From: an uncultured Methanolobus sp.
Lineage (GTDB): Archaea; Halobacteriota; Methanosarcinia; Methanosarcinales; Methanosarcinaceae
Assembly: GCA_963675495.1 (NCBI GenBank)
Contig: OY776215.1
Span: 1,504,001 to 1,568,000, forward strand
Length of the DNA stretch: 64,000 nucleotides
Direction: 5' to 3'
A program made the translations under genes and the position numbers. Below are positions 1 to 9,623 of the stretch, one piece after another. The notes under the pieces are model-generated. The model saw nothing but the letters and a program-made list of their open reading frames with translations. It made no database searches and was not told the origin of the DNA. Numbering within the stretch: the first letter of the stretch is position 1; every line of letters begins with the position of its first letter.

Positions 1-2327
1 TTCTTATAGCTCGTAGCTTTTTTAGAGAACATACGAGTCATGGTCAGGTCTTCGATAATATCAGAATCATTCTTTACATCGATATTTCTCACACCATCAA
101 CAACACTACGCACATGATGTACAGCACCATCTATATTGCCTTCCTTAAGGACCATTTCAAGAACTTTGTTCAATGTCTTCGAAGTAAGACCGCACCAGTC
201 CCTGCGAACTGTTTCCATTCCCTTGACCTTTATGCCATCTTTCCATTCATCACCAGAGCGTTCAAACACCCATATAGCATAACGTTTCTTAGCGATGAAC
301 AATGCACGTTTTGCAATTGATTCAAACTCGAGCTCCATGGGGTCTGGAAGTGAAGCAGAAACTGTTGCTGCAATCCTGCTACCTACAAGCCCGGCATCAT
401 CAAGAGAGACTTCCGTTTTAGAGCTGCACTGAACAAATACACTGTCAGTATCACCATAAACCACTGAAAGGGATACAATATTATCATCGTTGTTGATGGA
501 AGAGAGCTCTTCAGTGAAATATGCAGAGCCATCCCTCAGTATAACCTTACTGATAGTGCCATTGATTAGGGCACGAGTATTGAGAATGTTATTCCTTCCA
601 AAGCTTGTTACAGCATTTGCAAGAGCGAGGCTGTATAATCGTGCCCTTGTATAACCAGAATAACCATAAAAACTGTTGAGCAATATCTTCAAAGCAAGCT
701 GAGTGGCATCAAGAACACGATATTCCGAATCATTTGATGCATTTTTCATCTTCACCTTGGTCTCTACTCTTTGCTGCAGTAATCTTTCAAGAATGGAAGG
801 CATTATGCCTTTTGAGACTTCGGCGGACACAAACTCTCCACCAGAAGGAGGTTTTACAGTTTCCCCATCCGGCCGGTCATGCTCCACAACTGTGGTATAA
901 CAGAGATTATGCGCCATCATAATAGTTGGATAAAGTGATTTGTAATCGAGAATTACAACGTTTTCAAGAAGACCGCGTTTTGGCTCAAGGACTGCACCAC
1001 CTTTGAGACCTTCACTGCTGCGATTTCTCAGGAAAACAAGGTCATCATTCGGTTTTGGAGGGATTACCCTATCCTGCTTACCATATTCCCTTAGAAGCAA
1101 GTTATCCACCATAGATGTCTGTCCGCCATCCACTACCTCCTGAACTAAAGAACCACTTACCTGAGCTATAGCAATGTGCTTATCAAGAAGTTGAAGCTTC
1201 AGTAGCAGTTCCATGGCAAGCTCAGAATCCCTGCGTGCATAATCTATGAATTTAAGCACTTTTTCCCCGGAGTCATTCCAGTATTCTTCCATCTCAGATG
1301 GTGCCACATCGAGTTTCTCTTTATCAAGAAGCTCCTTAGCGACGTTCCTTAGAGTGTAGCGTTTAAGGCTGTACTGGCTCCGTATCAATGGAAGCGTATC
1401 CACCACAACTCTCCCGGGAATAGAGACCATGGTACGATTGCCTATCTTACGATAATTGAGGATTCTCCCATCACGACCAACAGTTGATCTTACATTGTCA
1501 CCTGAACCCGCAAGCATAGTCACCCTGTCTGCAATGTAAGGAATATCGAATCCATTGATATTGTAGCCAGATATAACATCGGCATCGTATTGCTGAAATA
1601 TCTCAAAAAAGCGATTCAACATTAAAGTTTCCGAATCGAAGCATTCAACGTCATCACTTACGCCTTCAACCTTTTTTGCAACCAGAACAATAGTATCATT
1701 ACCCTTGAATGCAGGGCTGAATGACATGCTTACCATTATCACAGGAGAGGATTCCGGAACAGGCATGGAACCCCCTATAGGAAGGCACTCAATATCAAAT
1801 GCCAGATACTTAAGAGGAGCAATTGATAGTTTTTCTATTTCCTCAATTGAAGAAGCAGTGAAAACTGAATCACAGTATATTTTATCGTTGGAAAAAGGAC
1901 TCTCAGAAACCGATTCTGCTGTAACCCAGCCCATCCCATGCAAGTCCCGATCTATTAGAAAACGATTTCTGAAAAGTATATCGGTCTCATATACCTCTTT
2001 TACACCTGGAAGTGTAAGTACATCATCACGTATTTCAGGAACATTGCGTGGTTCCATTGTAGTTACCCTAAGCATGGGTTTTTTAGAGACCTGGAATCCA
2101 ATTGGTTCGAACTTAGGGATAATATCTACCTTTTTGATCACGTCGAACCGTTCTTTAAGCATAGTGGAGAGTTTATCGAGCTCCCCTTCAGCATTGATAT
2201 AGAAGTACGGTTTAAATCCGGGTACAAAACAGCAGACGCTTTTACCGTCTTCGGCTCTTCCGAAAAGACGTATCACAGGACCGCTTTCATGTCCTATGTA
2301 ATCAGCATCCAGTATCTGGAAGTTCAT
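1..2327 (-). CDS. polB: Family B DNA polymerase (5' part; gene continues past window start)
   Basis: Not in the ORF track. Reverse-strand translation from ATG 2327 gives MNFQILDADY...; exonuclease FDIEC and polymerase motifs DYKSLYPTIM, KILLNSFYGY and YGDTDS are present. Confidence 0.95.
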   Translation of the reverse strand, partial: MNFQILDADYIGHESGPVIRLFGRAEDGKSVCCFVPGFKPYFYINAEGELDKLSTMLKERFDVIKKVDIIPKFEPIGFQVSKKPMLRVTTMEPRNVPEIRDDVLTLPGVKEVYETDILFRNRFLIDRDLHGMGWVTAESVSESPFSNDKIYCDSVFTASSIEEIEKLSIAPLKYLAFDIECLPIGGSMPVPESSPVIMVSMSFSPAFKGNDTIVLVAKKVEGVSDDVECFDSETLMLNRFFEIFQQYDADVISGYNINGFDIPYIADRVTMLAGSGDNVRSTVGRDGRILNYRKIGNRTMVSIPGRVVVDTLPLIRSQYSLKRYTLRNVAKELLDKEKLDVAPSEMEEYWNDSGEKVLKFIDYARRDSELAMELLLKLQLLDKHIAIAQVSGSLVQEVVDGGQTSMVDNLLLREYGKQDRVIPPKPNDDLVFLRNRSSEGLKGGAVLEPKRGLLENVVILDYKSLYPTIMMAHNLCYTTVVEHDRPDGETVKPPSGGEFVSAEVSKGIMPSILERLLQQRVETKVKMKNASNDSEYRVLDATQLALKILLNSFYGYSGYTRARLYSLALANAVTSFGRNNILNTRALINGTISKVILRDGSAYFTEELSSINNDDNIVSLSVVYGDTDSVFVQCSSKTEVSLDDAGLVGSRIAATVSASLPDPMELEFESIAKRALFIAKKRYAIWVFERSGDEWKDGIKVKGMETVRRDWCGLTSKTLNKVLEMVLKEGNIDGAVHHVRSVVDGVRNIDVKNDSDIIEDLTMTRMFSKKATSYK

Positions 2328-2393
2328 GAACTACCTTACAGGTTTGCAGCATATATGCTTTGCGTTGAAATCTAAAAAGATAAAAAAGTTGAA

Positions 2394-2504
2394 TGCCCGG
2401 AGCGTGACTCGAACACGCGACCTCCAGATATCTCAGGAGATTTTGGACGCACGGAATTTTATTCCCTATGAGTCTGGCGCCCCAACCAACTAGGCTACCC
2501 GGGC
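2394..2504 (-). tRNA. tRNA-Met(CAT), probably elongator, with a 37-nt intron at 37/38 (2430-2466)
   Basis: Reverse complement GCCCGGGTAGCCTAGTTGG...CCAGA-CTCATA-[intron]-ATCTGG...GTTCGAGTC...CCGGGCA; the spliced product is a 74-nt cloverleaf. Confidence 0.92.
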
Positions 2505-2593
2505 AGTGCAGCATGTAAAAGGACAAAGTCATATTAAAGCATATCGATTGAAAGAGCCAACTGTTCACAGAAATATCAAAAAAATGGCACGGG

Positions 2594-3166
2594 TTAATAT
2601 CCCGTTGCTTCAGCCAACTCACTCAGAACAACATAATCATCTGTTGCGCCACCTACAACAAAGACAAACCTGTCATTGCTCCAGATGTAAGTGTATCGAG
2701 GAATATTGGCCTTATCAATTGTAACATATTCAAGTATTCTTTCAGTAGAATGACCATTGATGGATTCTTCTGTAAAGCGTGATCCTGAAGACAATTCTCT
2801 GAACCCTGCCTTGTACTGAACTATAAACTCTTCAGCTGAAGACGAGCTGTTCATTTCTATAACATCTATATAGATATCTGTGGAATTCAGATACATATAA
2901 AGACCTTCGGAACCAGCTTCGATGCCTTCTACTGAAACATATTCCTCTTCCACCTTTTCAGCAGACAGGTCACGGGAACCAAGGAACTCGTAGTTTTCGG
3001 GCAGATCATCAACAGGCATAAGACTCTGGCTACTGGTATCCTCTGAGATAGTATTTGAGACAATATCAGAATCTACAGGAATTTCTTCAACAACCTCATC
3101 CGTGCAACCGGAGATTGATAACATTAAAATACTGATTATTAGAACCAAAAAGACTTTTTTAAGCAT
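2594..3166 (-). CDS. Acidic lipoprotein of unknown function
   Basis: Basic N-terminus, hydrophobic stretch and lipobox ISGC; RBS GAGGTG upstream. Confidence 0.75.
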   Translation of the reverse strand: MLKKVFLVLIISILMLSISGCTDEVVEEIPVDSDIVSNTISEDTSSQSLMPVDDLPENYEFLGSRDLSAEKVEEEYVSVEGIEAGSEGLYMYLNSTDIYIDVIEMNSSSSAEEFIVQYKAGFRELSSGSRFTEESINGHSTERILEYVTIDKANIPRYTYIWSNDRFVFVVGGATDDYVVLSELAEATGY

Positions 3167-3180
3167 GGTTACACCTCTTT

Positions 3181-3230
3181 AAAAAAACCAATCATAAAAA
3201 AAAGGTTAAAAGAAGGGATTAACCCTTCTT
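3181..3230 (-). terminator. Hairpin plus T-tracts downstream of the S-layer gene
   Basis: aagaaggg-attaa-cccttctt inverted repeat followed on the minus strand by poly-T runs. Confidence 0.55.
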
Positions 3231-3241
3231 CAGTTTAGATT

Positions 3242-5245
3242 TTAGTTTCTTCTAACAAGGTATGCTACTGCGAGAAGACCAGCTACTGCGAAGATTGCTT
3301 CAAATCCTGGAGCCTGATCAGCAGGTACTTCAGTTTCTTCTTCTTCTTCTTCGTCTTCTACAGGCATCTCTTCTTCTTCAACAGGGGTTTCTTCTACTTC
3401 TTCACCCTCTTCGACTTCTTCTTCCTCTACAGGCATTTCGATTTCATCGTCATCGCCTGCTTCGGCATCATCTACTACAGGACCTTCACCGATTGTTCTC
3501 TCGACGAATGGATAGTATCTGAGTGTTGTTGAGTCTGCGGTCTTGAGCATGATGCCTTCTGCAAGATCGATTTCCTTGTCTGCGGACAATGAAATTGAAC
3601 CGGAGTTGAACATTGAGATGGTGCTGGATACAGCATTGACTTCAAGTTCTCCGAATTCATCAGATGATTCGATCTCAAGAATGTTGTCGTAGTCAAGGAG
3701 CCAGAGACCTTCGACAACAGCGAGGCTGTCTACCTGACCCTGGAATACATCGGTAATGAGTACTCTGAAGACAAGTACATCATCCTGGTCTCCAACATCT
3801 ACATCGTAGTCCCAGGTTGCTTCGCCGCTAGTTACATCGATAACTTCATCCTCTACGAATTCTCCGTCCTTGGAGAGCTCCATCCAGACCTTGTCACCTT
3901 CTACATCGATCTGCTTTGCAGTAAGCTCATAGCCTTCTGCGAGTTCGAGTGCGGAACCGGTTCTGAGTGTGTACTTGTCATCTGTGTCGAGCAGAAGTTT
4001 TACAAGTTCACCTGCATCAAGATCATCTGTTGCAACATATTCCTGTGCAAAGAGTCCGATGATTGGGAAGGTGTCGTTGTTGGTGCTTACATCCTCATCA
4101 GCGAAGTCTCCTGTGTATGCTGTCTGTACAATAGTTGTGTTGTACCAGAGAGATTCATCAGCAACTGTTTTGCCGCTTACTGGGATATAAAGTGATTCTG
4201 AACTTTCATCGTCATCAAGATCATACCAGAAACCTGCAAATTCGTTTGCTGTCCATGTAGTTGTGCCTGTTGTTGCGATGTTACCTCTGATCTCGTATGT
4301 TCCTGCGCCGGTGTATTCCTTTACAAGAGCAAATCTAAGGTCACTGTCATCTGCTGTCTTGAGCATCATTCCTTCTGCAAGGTCGATCTCTTTGTCAGCT
4401 GAAAGTGTAAGTGTACCGGAGTTGAACATGGAGATTACGTCAGATACTGCATCGACTTCAAGTTCTCCGAATTCATCAGAAGATTCAACTTCAAGAATGT
4501 TCTCATAGTCTACAAGCCAGAGACCTTCGACAACAGCGAGGCTGTCTACCTGACCCTGGAATACGTCTGTAATGAGTACTCTGAAGACAATTACATCATC
4601 CTGGTCTCCGACATCTACATCGTAGTCCCAGGTTGCGTCGCCAGCAGTTACATCGATAACTTCATCCTCAACGAATTCCCCGTCCTTGGAGAGTTCCATC
4701 CAGACCTTGTCACCTTCTACATCGATCTGCTTTGCAGTAAGCTCATAGCCTTCTGCGAGTTCGAGTGCGGAGCCAGTTCTGAGTGTGTACTTGTCATCTG
4801 TGTCGAGCAGAAGCTTTACAAGCTCACCTGCATCATCATCATCTGTAGGCACATATTTGTCTGCAAAGAGTCCAATAAGTGGGAATGTGTCGTTGTCGGT
4901 GGTTACAGCCTCATCAGCAAAAGCACCTGAGTAGTCAGACTGGACTATTGTTGCGTAGTACCAGAGACCTTTCTCATCGATTGCATTTCCGCTTACAAAA
5001 GCAGAGTCGTTTACGATTGTGAGATTTTCACTTGCAAGGTTGTCATCAATGTCATACCAGAAACCTGCAAAGTTTGTAGTGTCGATTAATATGTCTCCAC
5101 TCTCTTGAGTGAATATGTCAGCAAAGTCTGTACCGTTGAAAACTTCACTGCGCACTTCAACAGTTGCATCTACAGCACTTGCAGGCACGATTAATGCTGC
5201 AAGAGCAATAAGAGCAACTAATGCGATAGTTGTAAATCTTTTCAT
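3242..5245 (-). CDS. Major S-layer protein, Methanosarcinaceae type (two DUF1608-like repeats, acidic linker, PGF-CTERM)
   Basis: Signal peptide; two ~272-aa repeats (FAGFWYD, GDKVWMELSKDGEFVED, VFQGQVDSLA); C-terminus APGFEAIFAVAGLLAVAYLVRRN. Confidence 0.93.
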   Translation of the reverse strand: MKRFTTIALVALIALAALIVPASAVDATVEVRSEVFNGTDFADIFTQESGDILIDTTNFAGFWYDIDDNLASENLTIVNDSAFVSGNAIDEKGLWYYATIVQSDYSGAFADEAVTTDNDTFPLIGLFADKYVPTDDDDAGELVKLLLDTDDKYTLRTGSALELAEGYELTAKQIDVEGDKVWMELSKDGEFVEDEVIDVTAGDATWDYDVDVGDQDDVIVFRVLITDVFQGQVDSLAVVEGLWLVDYENILEVESSDEFGELEVDAVSDVISMFNSGTLTLSADKEIDLAEGMMLKTADDSDLRFALVKEYTGAGTYEIRGNIATTGTTTWTANEFAGFWYDLDDDESSESLYIPVSGKTVADESLWYNTTIVQTAYTGDFADEDVSTNNDTFPIIGLFAQEYVATDDLDAGELVKLLLDTDDKYTLRTGSALELAEGYELTAKQIDVEGDKVWMELSKDGEFVEDEVIDVTSGEATWDYDVDVGDQDDVLVFRVLITDVFQGQVDSLAVVEGLWLLDYDNILEIESSDEFGELEVNAVSSTISMFNSGSISLSADKEIDLAEGIMLKTADSTTLRYYPFVERTIGEGPVVDDAEAGDDDEIEMPVEEEEVEEGEEVEETPVEEEEMPVEDEEEEEETEVPADQAPGFEAIFAVAGLLAVAYLVRRN

Positions 5246-5733
5246 TATTTTCCTCCGTATTTATTCTATGATATAAGAGTGAGAATCAGAAATAAAGCGT
5301 ATTATCGCCATATTAGCTTCAGACAAAGAAACAAACACAAAGATTCGTTCATTGCCGAAGGAGACTTCATCACCCTCCTAATCCCGTCATATTGGATTAC
5401 AAGTGTTCTATTAAACGATTGCCGTATTAAATCTTTTGTGGTCCAATATGAAACAATTATCGCATTGCATTGGCAAACATCGATGCAATTGACGGTAAAT
5501 GTCGAAGTTGTCAGACAAAATATGGAGAAAAGACGAAGAACACACAACTAATGTTCACAGATTGCCATATAGTTTTTTAAGAAAGAAAGCTATATTCACG
5601 GCCACTACAATAATCATAATTCAACATATTTATATATATGATAACATAAAATGAACATAAAATAAAAGTAATATATGTATAAGCTTTTCAATTCACTTTA
5701 TCACGCAATTATCACAAGGAGCGAAATAATAAG

Positions 5734-6513
5734 ATGTACGATGGCGCAGTTTCTGAAGAAATATCAATGGAAGATGAGGCAAATCGTGTCAAAACGGGCA
5801 TACCAGGGTTCGATGAGTTATGCGGCGGAGGACTTATCAGGGACAGGACATACCTTATATCAGGCACATCAGGTGCTGGTAAAACTAATTTTTCTATACA
5901 ATTCATCTACAATGGAATTACCAAATATGGCGAGAACGGGATAATCGTTGCAACTGAAGAAAGACCGGAACAAATTCGGGAGAACGTTCTCAAATTAGGC
6001 TGGGACCTGCAAGCACTTGAAGACGAGAATAAACTTGTCATCATCGACGCCTGTTCCACGAAGATAGGCATACCCTCACAAGAAAAGTACGTGGATGTAC
6101 GACCATTTGAAATAAGGTCCATGATGGACCAGATCATAGCCACCCAGGAGGAAATAAATGCCAAACGTGCACTTATTGATTCAACGACATCTGTTAGTTT
6201 CTACCTCCAGGATCCGGCAAAAATAAGGATTGAACTCCTAAAACTCAGCACGACACTTGAAGTCATTGGCCTGACATCGATGATGACATGTGAACTTATA
6301 GATGAATCAAAACCATCCAGGTTCGGAGTTGAGAATTTTGTCACAGATGGTACTATAGTACTCTACTACAAAAGACATGAGAACGTAAGAATGAGAAGTA
6401 TGGAGATATACAAAATGAGAGGGTCGGACCACAGTAAGAAGATCCACCCCTATGATATAACCCCTAGTGGATTTGTAATCCATCCACACGAGGAAGTATA
6501 TTCAATGTTCTAA
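5734..6513 (+). CDS. Single-domain KaiC-like (RecA-superfamily) ATPase
   Basis: TGIPGFDEL, Walker A GTSGAGKT, TEERP, IDS, KMRGS. Confidence 0.9.
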   Translation: MYDGAVSEEISMEDEANRVKTGIPGFDELCGGGLIRDRTYLISGTSGAGKTNFSIQFIYNGITKYGENGIIVATEERPEQIRENVLKLGWDLQALEDENKLVIIDACSTKIGIPSQEKYVDVRPFEIRSMMDQIIATQEEINAKRALIDSTTSVSFYLQDPAKIRIELLKLSTTLEVIGLTSMMTCELIDESKPSRFGVENFVTDGTIVLYYKRHENVRMRSMEIYKMRGSDHSKKIHPYDITPSGFVIHPHEEVYSMF

Positions 6514-6749
6514 ATATCCGGATACGTTTCTTCATGGCCGCATTCCACACATTTATAAATTACAAGTGTGCGGCCAAAATGGTCATGCCTTTTAAGCACA
6601 GGATATCTCCAACGATTCAGTTTTCCTTCACAAAGCGGACATCTGTAGTTCATATTGTTCACCAACAGTTAATTATATAAAAGTATATATTAAATTAACG
6701 AATAGAAAAATGATCAAAACAATAGAACCAAAATCAGAAAGAAGATAGA

Positions 6750-8126
6750 ATGGACGAGCTAAAAAGTATATCATGTGGCATCAAAGGGCTTGATGAAATA
6801 TTAGGTGGAATGATGTCACCCTCCACAATCCTGGTAGCAGGGACAGCAGGAGTAGGCAAAACGATCATGTCACTACAGATGCTTTCAAATGCTTCCAGAA
6901 AAGGAGAGAAAGCACTCTATATACCTATTACAACGGAAAGTGCTGAAAAACTGAAGATGTACAATTCAACACTTGATTTTTTTGACAACTCCTTTGAAGT
7001 ACATCCAATGAACAGGCAACTTGCGGAAAAAGATCCTCTAACAACTTTGATCGAGATTGGAAACATAATAGAATCAGTTAAACCTGACAGACTGGTAATT
7101 GACCCTATTACTCCACTTGGTTTTGGATTTATCGAACAGGAAAAAAGAAGATTTTTCTATACACTTGACTCCATGCTACAGGAAAGAAATATGCTCACAT
7201 TCCTTGTTGGAGAACTTTTAAAGTCAGAATTACATAATTCCGTAGTCAGCCACCTCTCAGACGGTATTATTTACCTTACAAGAAAGGACAGTAACTCCAG
7301 AGCGGACCATCGAATGGAATTCATCAAAATGAGAGGCCTTGATCCAGGAATACGCTCAGAGATAACTTCCCGTAAATACCTGTATAACATCAATTCAACA
7401 GGTTTTGCCGTGTACCCACACCTGAAACCGGAAAGAAAGGTAGCGTTGGATGATACCAGGATTGAAACGGGGATACCCGGACTGGATGGTATGTTCGATG
7501 GAGGACTTTTAAAATACAACAGCCTCCTTGTAGCCGGAACCCCTGGAACCGGAAAGAAAATATTCGGATTGCAGTTCATATTGCAGGGGCTTAAAAACAA
7601 CGAACCGGGAATAGTAGTTACGTTCGAAGACACACCGCACCAGATGATACTTGATGCTAAAAGAATGGGCTGGAACCTGAAAAAATATATTGATGACGGA
7701 CTTTTGTATTTTATTTGCAACAATCCAAGTGATATATACCCCGGAGAACATGCTGCAAACATAAAAGAAAATGTTGAAACGAATAATATTAGCAGGGTAT
7801 TCTTTGACGGAACCAATCACCTTGAATTGTCAATGCCCGATAGCTTAGAACTTAGAGGCTACCTTTATTCAATGACAAGTTACCTGAAAAGCCGGAACAT
7901 TACATCTTTATTTGCAACAGATACTGCACCCTCGGAATGTCCAGGTAATGAGAAGATAGATGCGGCATCCATCATGGATTCAGTGCTCGTTTTGCATAAT
8001 TCCCGAGCAAGGGATCGAAGATATATGTGTGTCACCAAATCAAGAGGTACAAAACACAAACGATCAATAAAAGAATATGCAATTACAGAAAGCGGGATAA
8101 AACTCAGAACTGACACTTTAATTTAA
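6750..8126 (+). CDS. Double-domain KaiC-like ATPase
   Basis: Two RecA domains: GTAGVGKT...KMRG and TGIPGLDGM...GTPGTGKK...KSRG. Confidence 0.88.
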   Translation: MDELKSISCGIKGLDEILGGMMSPSTILVAGTAGVGKTIMSLQMLSNASRKGEKALYIPITTESAEKLKMYNSTLDFFDNSFEVHPMNRQLAEKDPLTTLIEIGNIIESVKPDRLVIDPITPLGFGFIEQEKRRFFYTLDSMLQERNMLTFLVGELLKSELHNSVVSHLSDGIIYLTRKDSNSRADHRMEFIKMRGLDPGIRSEITSRKYLYNINSTGFAVYPHLKPERKVALDDTRIETGIPGLDGMFDGGLLKYNSLLVAGTPGTGKKIFGLQFILQGLKNNEPGIVVTFEDTPHQMILDAKRMGWNLKKYIDDGLLYFICNNPSDIYPGEHAANIKENVETNNISRVFFDGTNHLELSMPDSLELRGYLYSMTSYLKSRNITSLFATDTAPSECPGNEKIDAASIMDSVLVLHNSRARDRRYMCVTKSRGTKHKRSIKEYAITESGIKLRTDTLI

Positions 8127-8136
8127 AAAAAAATAA

Positions 8137-8376
8137 TTAGATATTATGGACTTTGCGCTCCAAAGTTTCCCCCAGTTCAGTAAGCTTATATACATCGCAC
8201 TCTTGCTCGATTAACTCTTTATCAATGAGCTCTTCTACGATCTTATCGACGGAAGGACGAGCTATATGCATATTCTTTGCCAATTTGCCAGCATCCAGCT
8301 GATGCTTGGAACCCAACAAAGCAAGTAATTTCTGACGATTTTTGTTACCAGTTACAAATCCTATTAATTCTTCCAT
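8137..8376 (-). CDS. Small winged-helix transcriptional regulator
   Basis: RBS AGGAGG just upstream of ATG 8376; HTH-like AGKLAKNMHIARPSVDKIVEELIDKELI and wing YKLTELG. Confidence 0.75.
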   Translation of the reverse strand: MEELIGFVTGNKNRQKLLALLGSKHQLDAGKLAKNMHIARPSVDKIVEELIDKELIEQECDVYKLTELGETLERKVHNI

Positions 8377-8510
8377 ATCCATCCTCCTATACATTATTGA
8401 GTTGCATGATATAATTACTTTTACATAATTTATCACTCTTGCAAACATAAACATTTTTTACCACATGCCAGTACAAAGGATACTTTTATTACATGTAATG
8501 CATATGTAAG

Positions 8511-8829
8511 GGTGGCAGGCTAGTCTGGGTAGGCCGGCGTTACCTGTAACCCGAAATCGCCGATATGCGGGAGACGAAGCCTGAAGAAGATGTTTGGACC
8601 ATTTTCAAACCTGTGATTTCAACTGAGAAACCCCGTCCTGCTTGGATGACGTTGGTATATGTGCTTGTTGGAGAACTTGTTCGTATACCTTAACCGTGAG
8701 AACCAGTCCAGGCCCGGAAGGGAGCAGACCAACCGCAGACAATTATCGCTTGGAGGGTTGCGGGGTGGAGAAGAGATTGCAGATCACCTGAAAGTGGAAA
8801 AAATAGCGACTTTGGGCGTGCCTGTCACT
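8511..8829 (+). ncRNA. ffs: Archaeal SRP (7S) RNA
   Basis: Ends pair (ggtggcaggc / gcctgtcact); Alu-like TGTAACCCGAAA; helix-8 motif CAGGCCCGGAAGGGAGCAG; about 320 nt. Confidence 0.92.
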
Positions 8830-8884
8830 TGATCCTAGAAAGCGTTAAATACCAGAATTGCGTTTAGGAACGAACACTGACTGT

Positions 8885-8969
8885 GACGAGATAGCCAAGC
8901 CCGGTATGGCGCAGGATTGCTAATCCTGTGATGCTTTGCGTCTCGGGGGTTCGAATCCCCCTCTCGTCG
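8885..8969 (+). tRNA. tRNA-Ser(GCT)
   Basis: GACGAGA/TCTCGTC acceptor stem, anticodon arm CAGGA-TTGCTAA-TCCTG, long variable arm, GGTTCGAATCC. Confidence 0.95.
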
Positions 8970-9044
8970 TACTTTTTTTTAGCAATTATAAATGTACCCA
9001 TATTGATAAAGAAACTAATAATACAAAGGGCAAAGAGCATAATA

Positions 9045-9275
9045 ATGTCTGAAAAAACTATTATCCCGGTATTAAATATTCAGGAATCCGATAACCAAAG
9101 TGAGAGTGCATGCACATCCTGCGGAGCTGGAGGCTGCTGCGGTGGTTTTGGCATAAAGGCAGGTTCTGAGAAAGACGTTGTTTTCAGGAACATATTCATG
9201 TATATGACAATGGGAATCATAATATTCACCGTTGCATACCTGACAATGAAGGTTATGACCCTGATCAACGGATAA
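9045..9275 (+). CDS. Small membrane protein with a Cys-rich motif (76 aa)
   Basis: ATG 9045 (the longer ORF in the track overlaps the tRNA); CTSCGAGGCCGG followed by one C-terminal TM helix. Confidence 0.6.
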   Translation: MSEKTIIPVLNIQESDNQSESACTSCGAGGCCGGFGIKAGSEKDVVFRNIFMYMTMGIIIFTVAYLTMKVMTLING

Positions 9276-9602
9276 TCATTTTGATTTTATACATTTAAAG
9301 GGATATCTTTTTACCCCGCCGCATTTAAGGCATGTGATAATAATAGTGCCATCTTTAAGGCGGCGTCTTGAATTTTGACCCGTTACAAGCAGTGAACCAC
9401 ATTGCTTGCAGAAATTACGTTTAAGTTCTGCAGGAATGCTTACACGATGACGCATCCCTATTTTTCTTGCTAGCGAAACATAACGTTCGCTCTTTTCAGG
9501 GTTTACGCAAAGCTCATTTTTAGCGAGTTCAAAGAGATACTGAATACGCTCTTGTGCAACATTTTTGGATATTGCTTTGTTTTTCTTTCTTGATCTTGCC
9601 AT
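9276..9602 (-). CDS. rnp4: Ribonuclease P protein component 4 (Rpp21)
   Basis: IAxERI-like helix, RYVSLARKIGMR, zinc ribbon CKQC...CLKC. Confidence 0.93.
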   Translation of the reverse strand: MARSRKKNKAISKNVAQERIQYLFELAKNELCVNPEKSERYVSLARKIGMRHRVSIPAELKRNFCKQCGSLLVTGQNSRRRLKDGTIIITCLKCGGVKRYPFKCIKSK

Positions 9603-9623
9603 TTTACGACACCTGCCCAGAAA

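Noticed and set aside
1-2327. Possible intein in polB (extra residues before YGDTDS)
   Set aside because: The insert is only about 30 aa with no C/S...HN splice motifs, and the polymerase motifs are contiguous in the visible part.
2430-2466. tRNA-Met intron as a novelty
   Set aside because: A canonical 37/38 intron, common in euryarchaeal tRNA-Met.
2302-2724. ORFs 2302-2622 and 2506-2724, and the 5' extension of ORF 8928
   Set aside because: They overlap tRNA genes or the ends of real genes and have no protein-like features.
6535-6576. Inverted repeat tggccgca...tgcggcca between the kaiC-like genes
   Set aside because: Single occurrence, consistent with an ordinary terminator or stability hairpin; no evidence for a MITE or sRNA.
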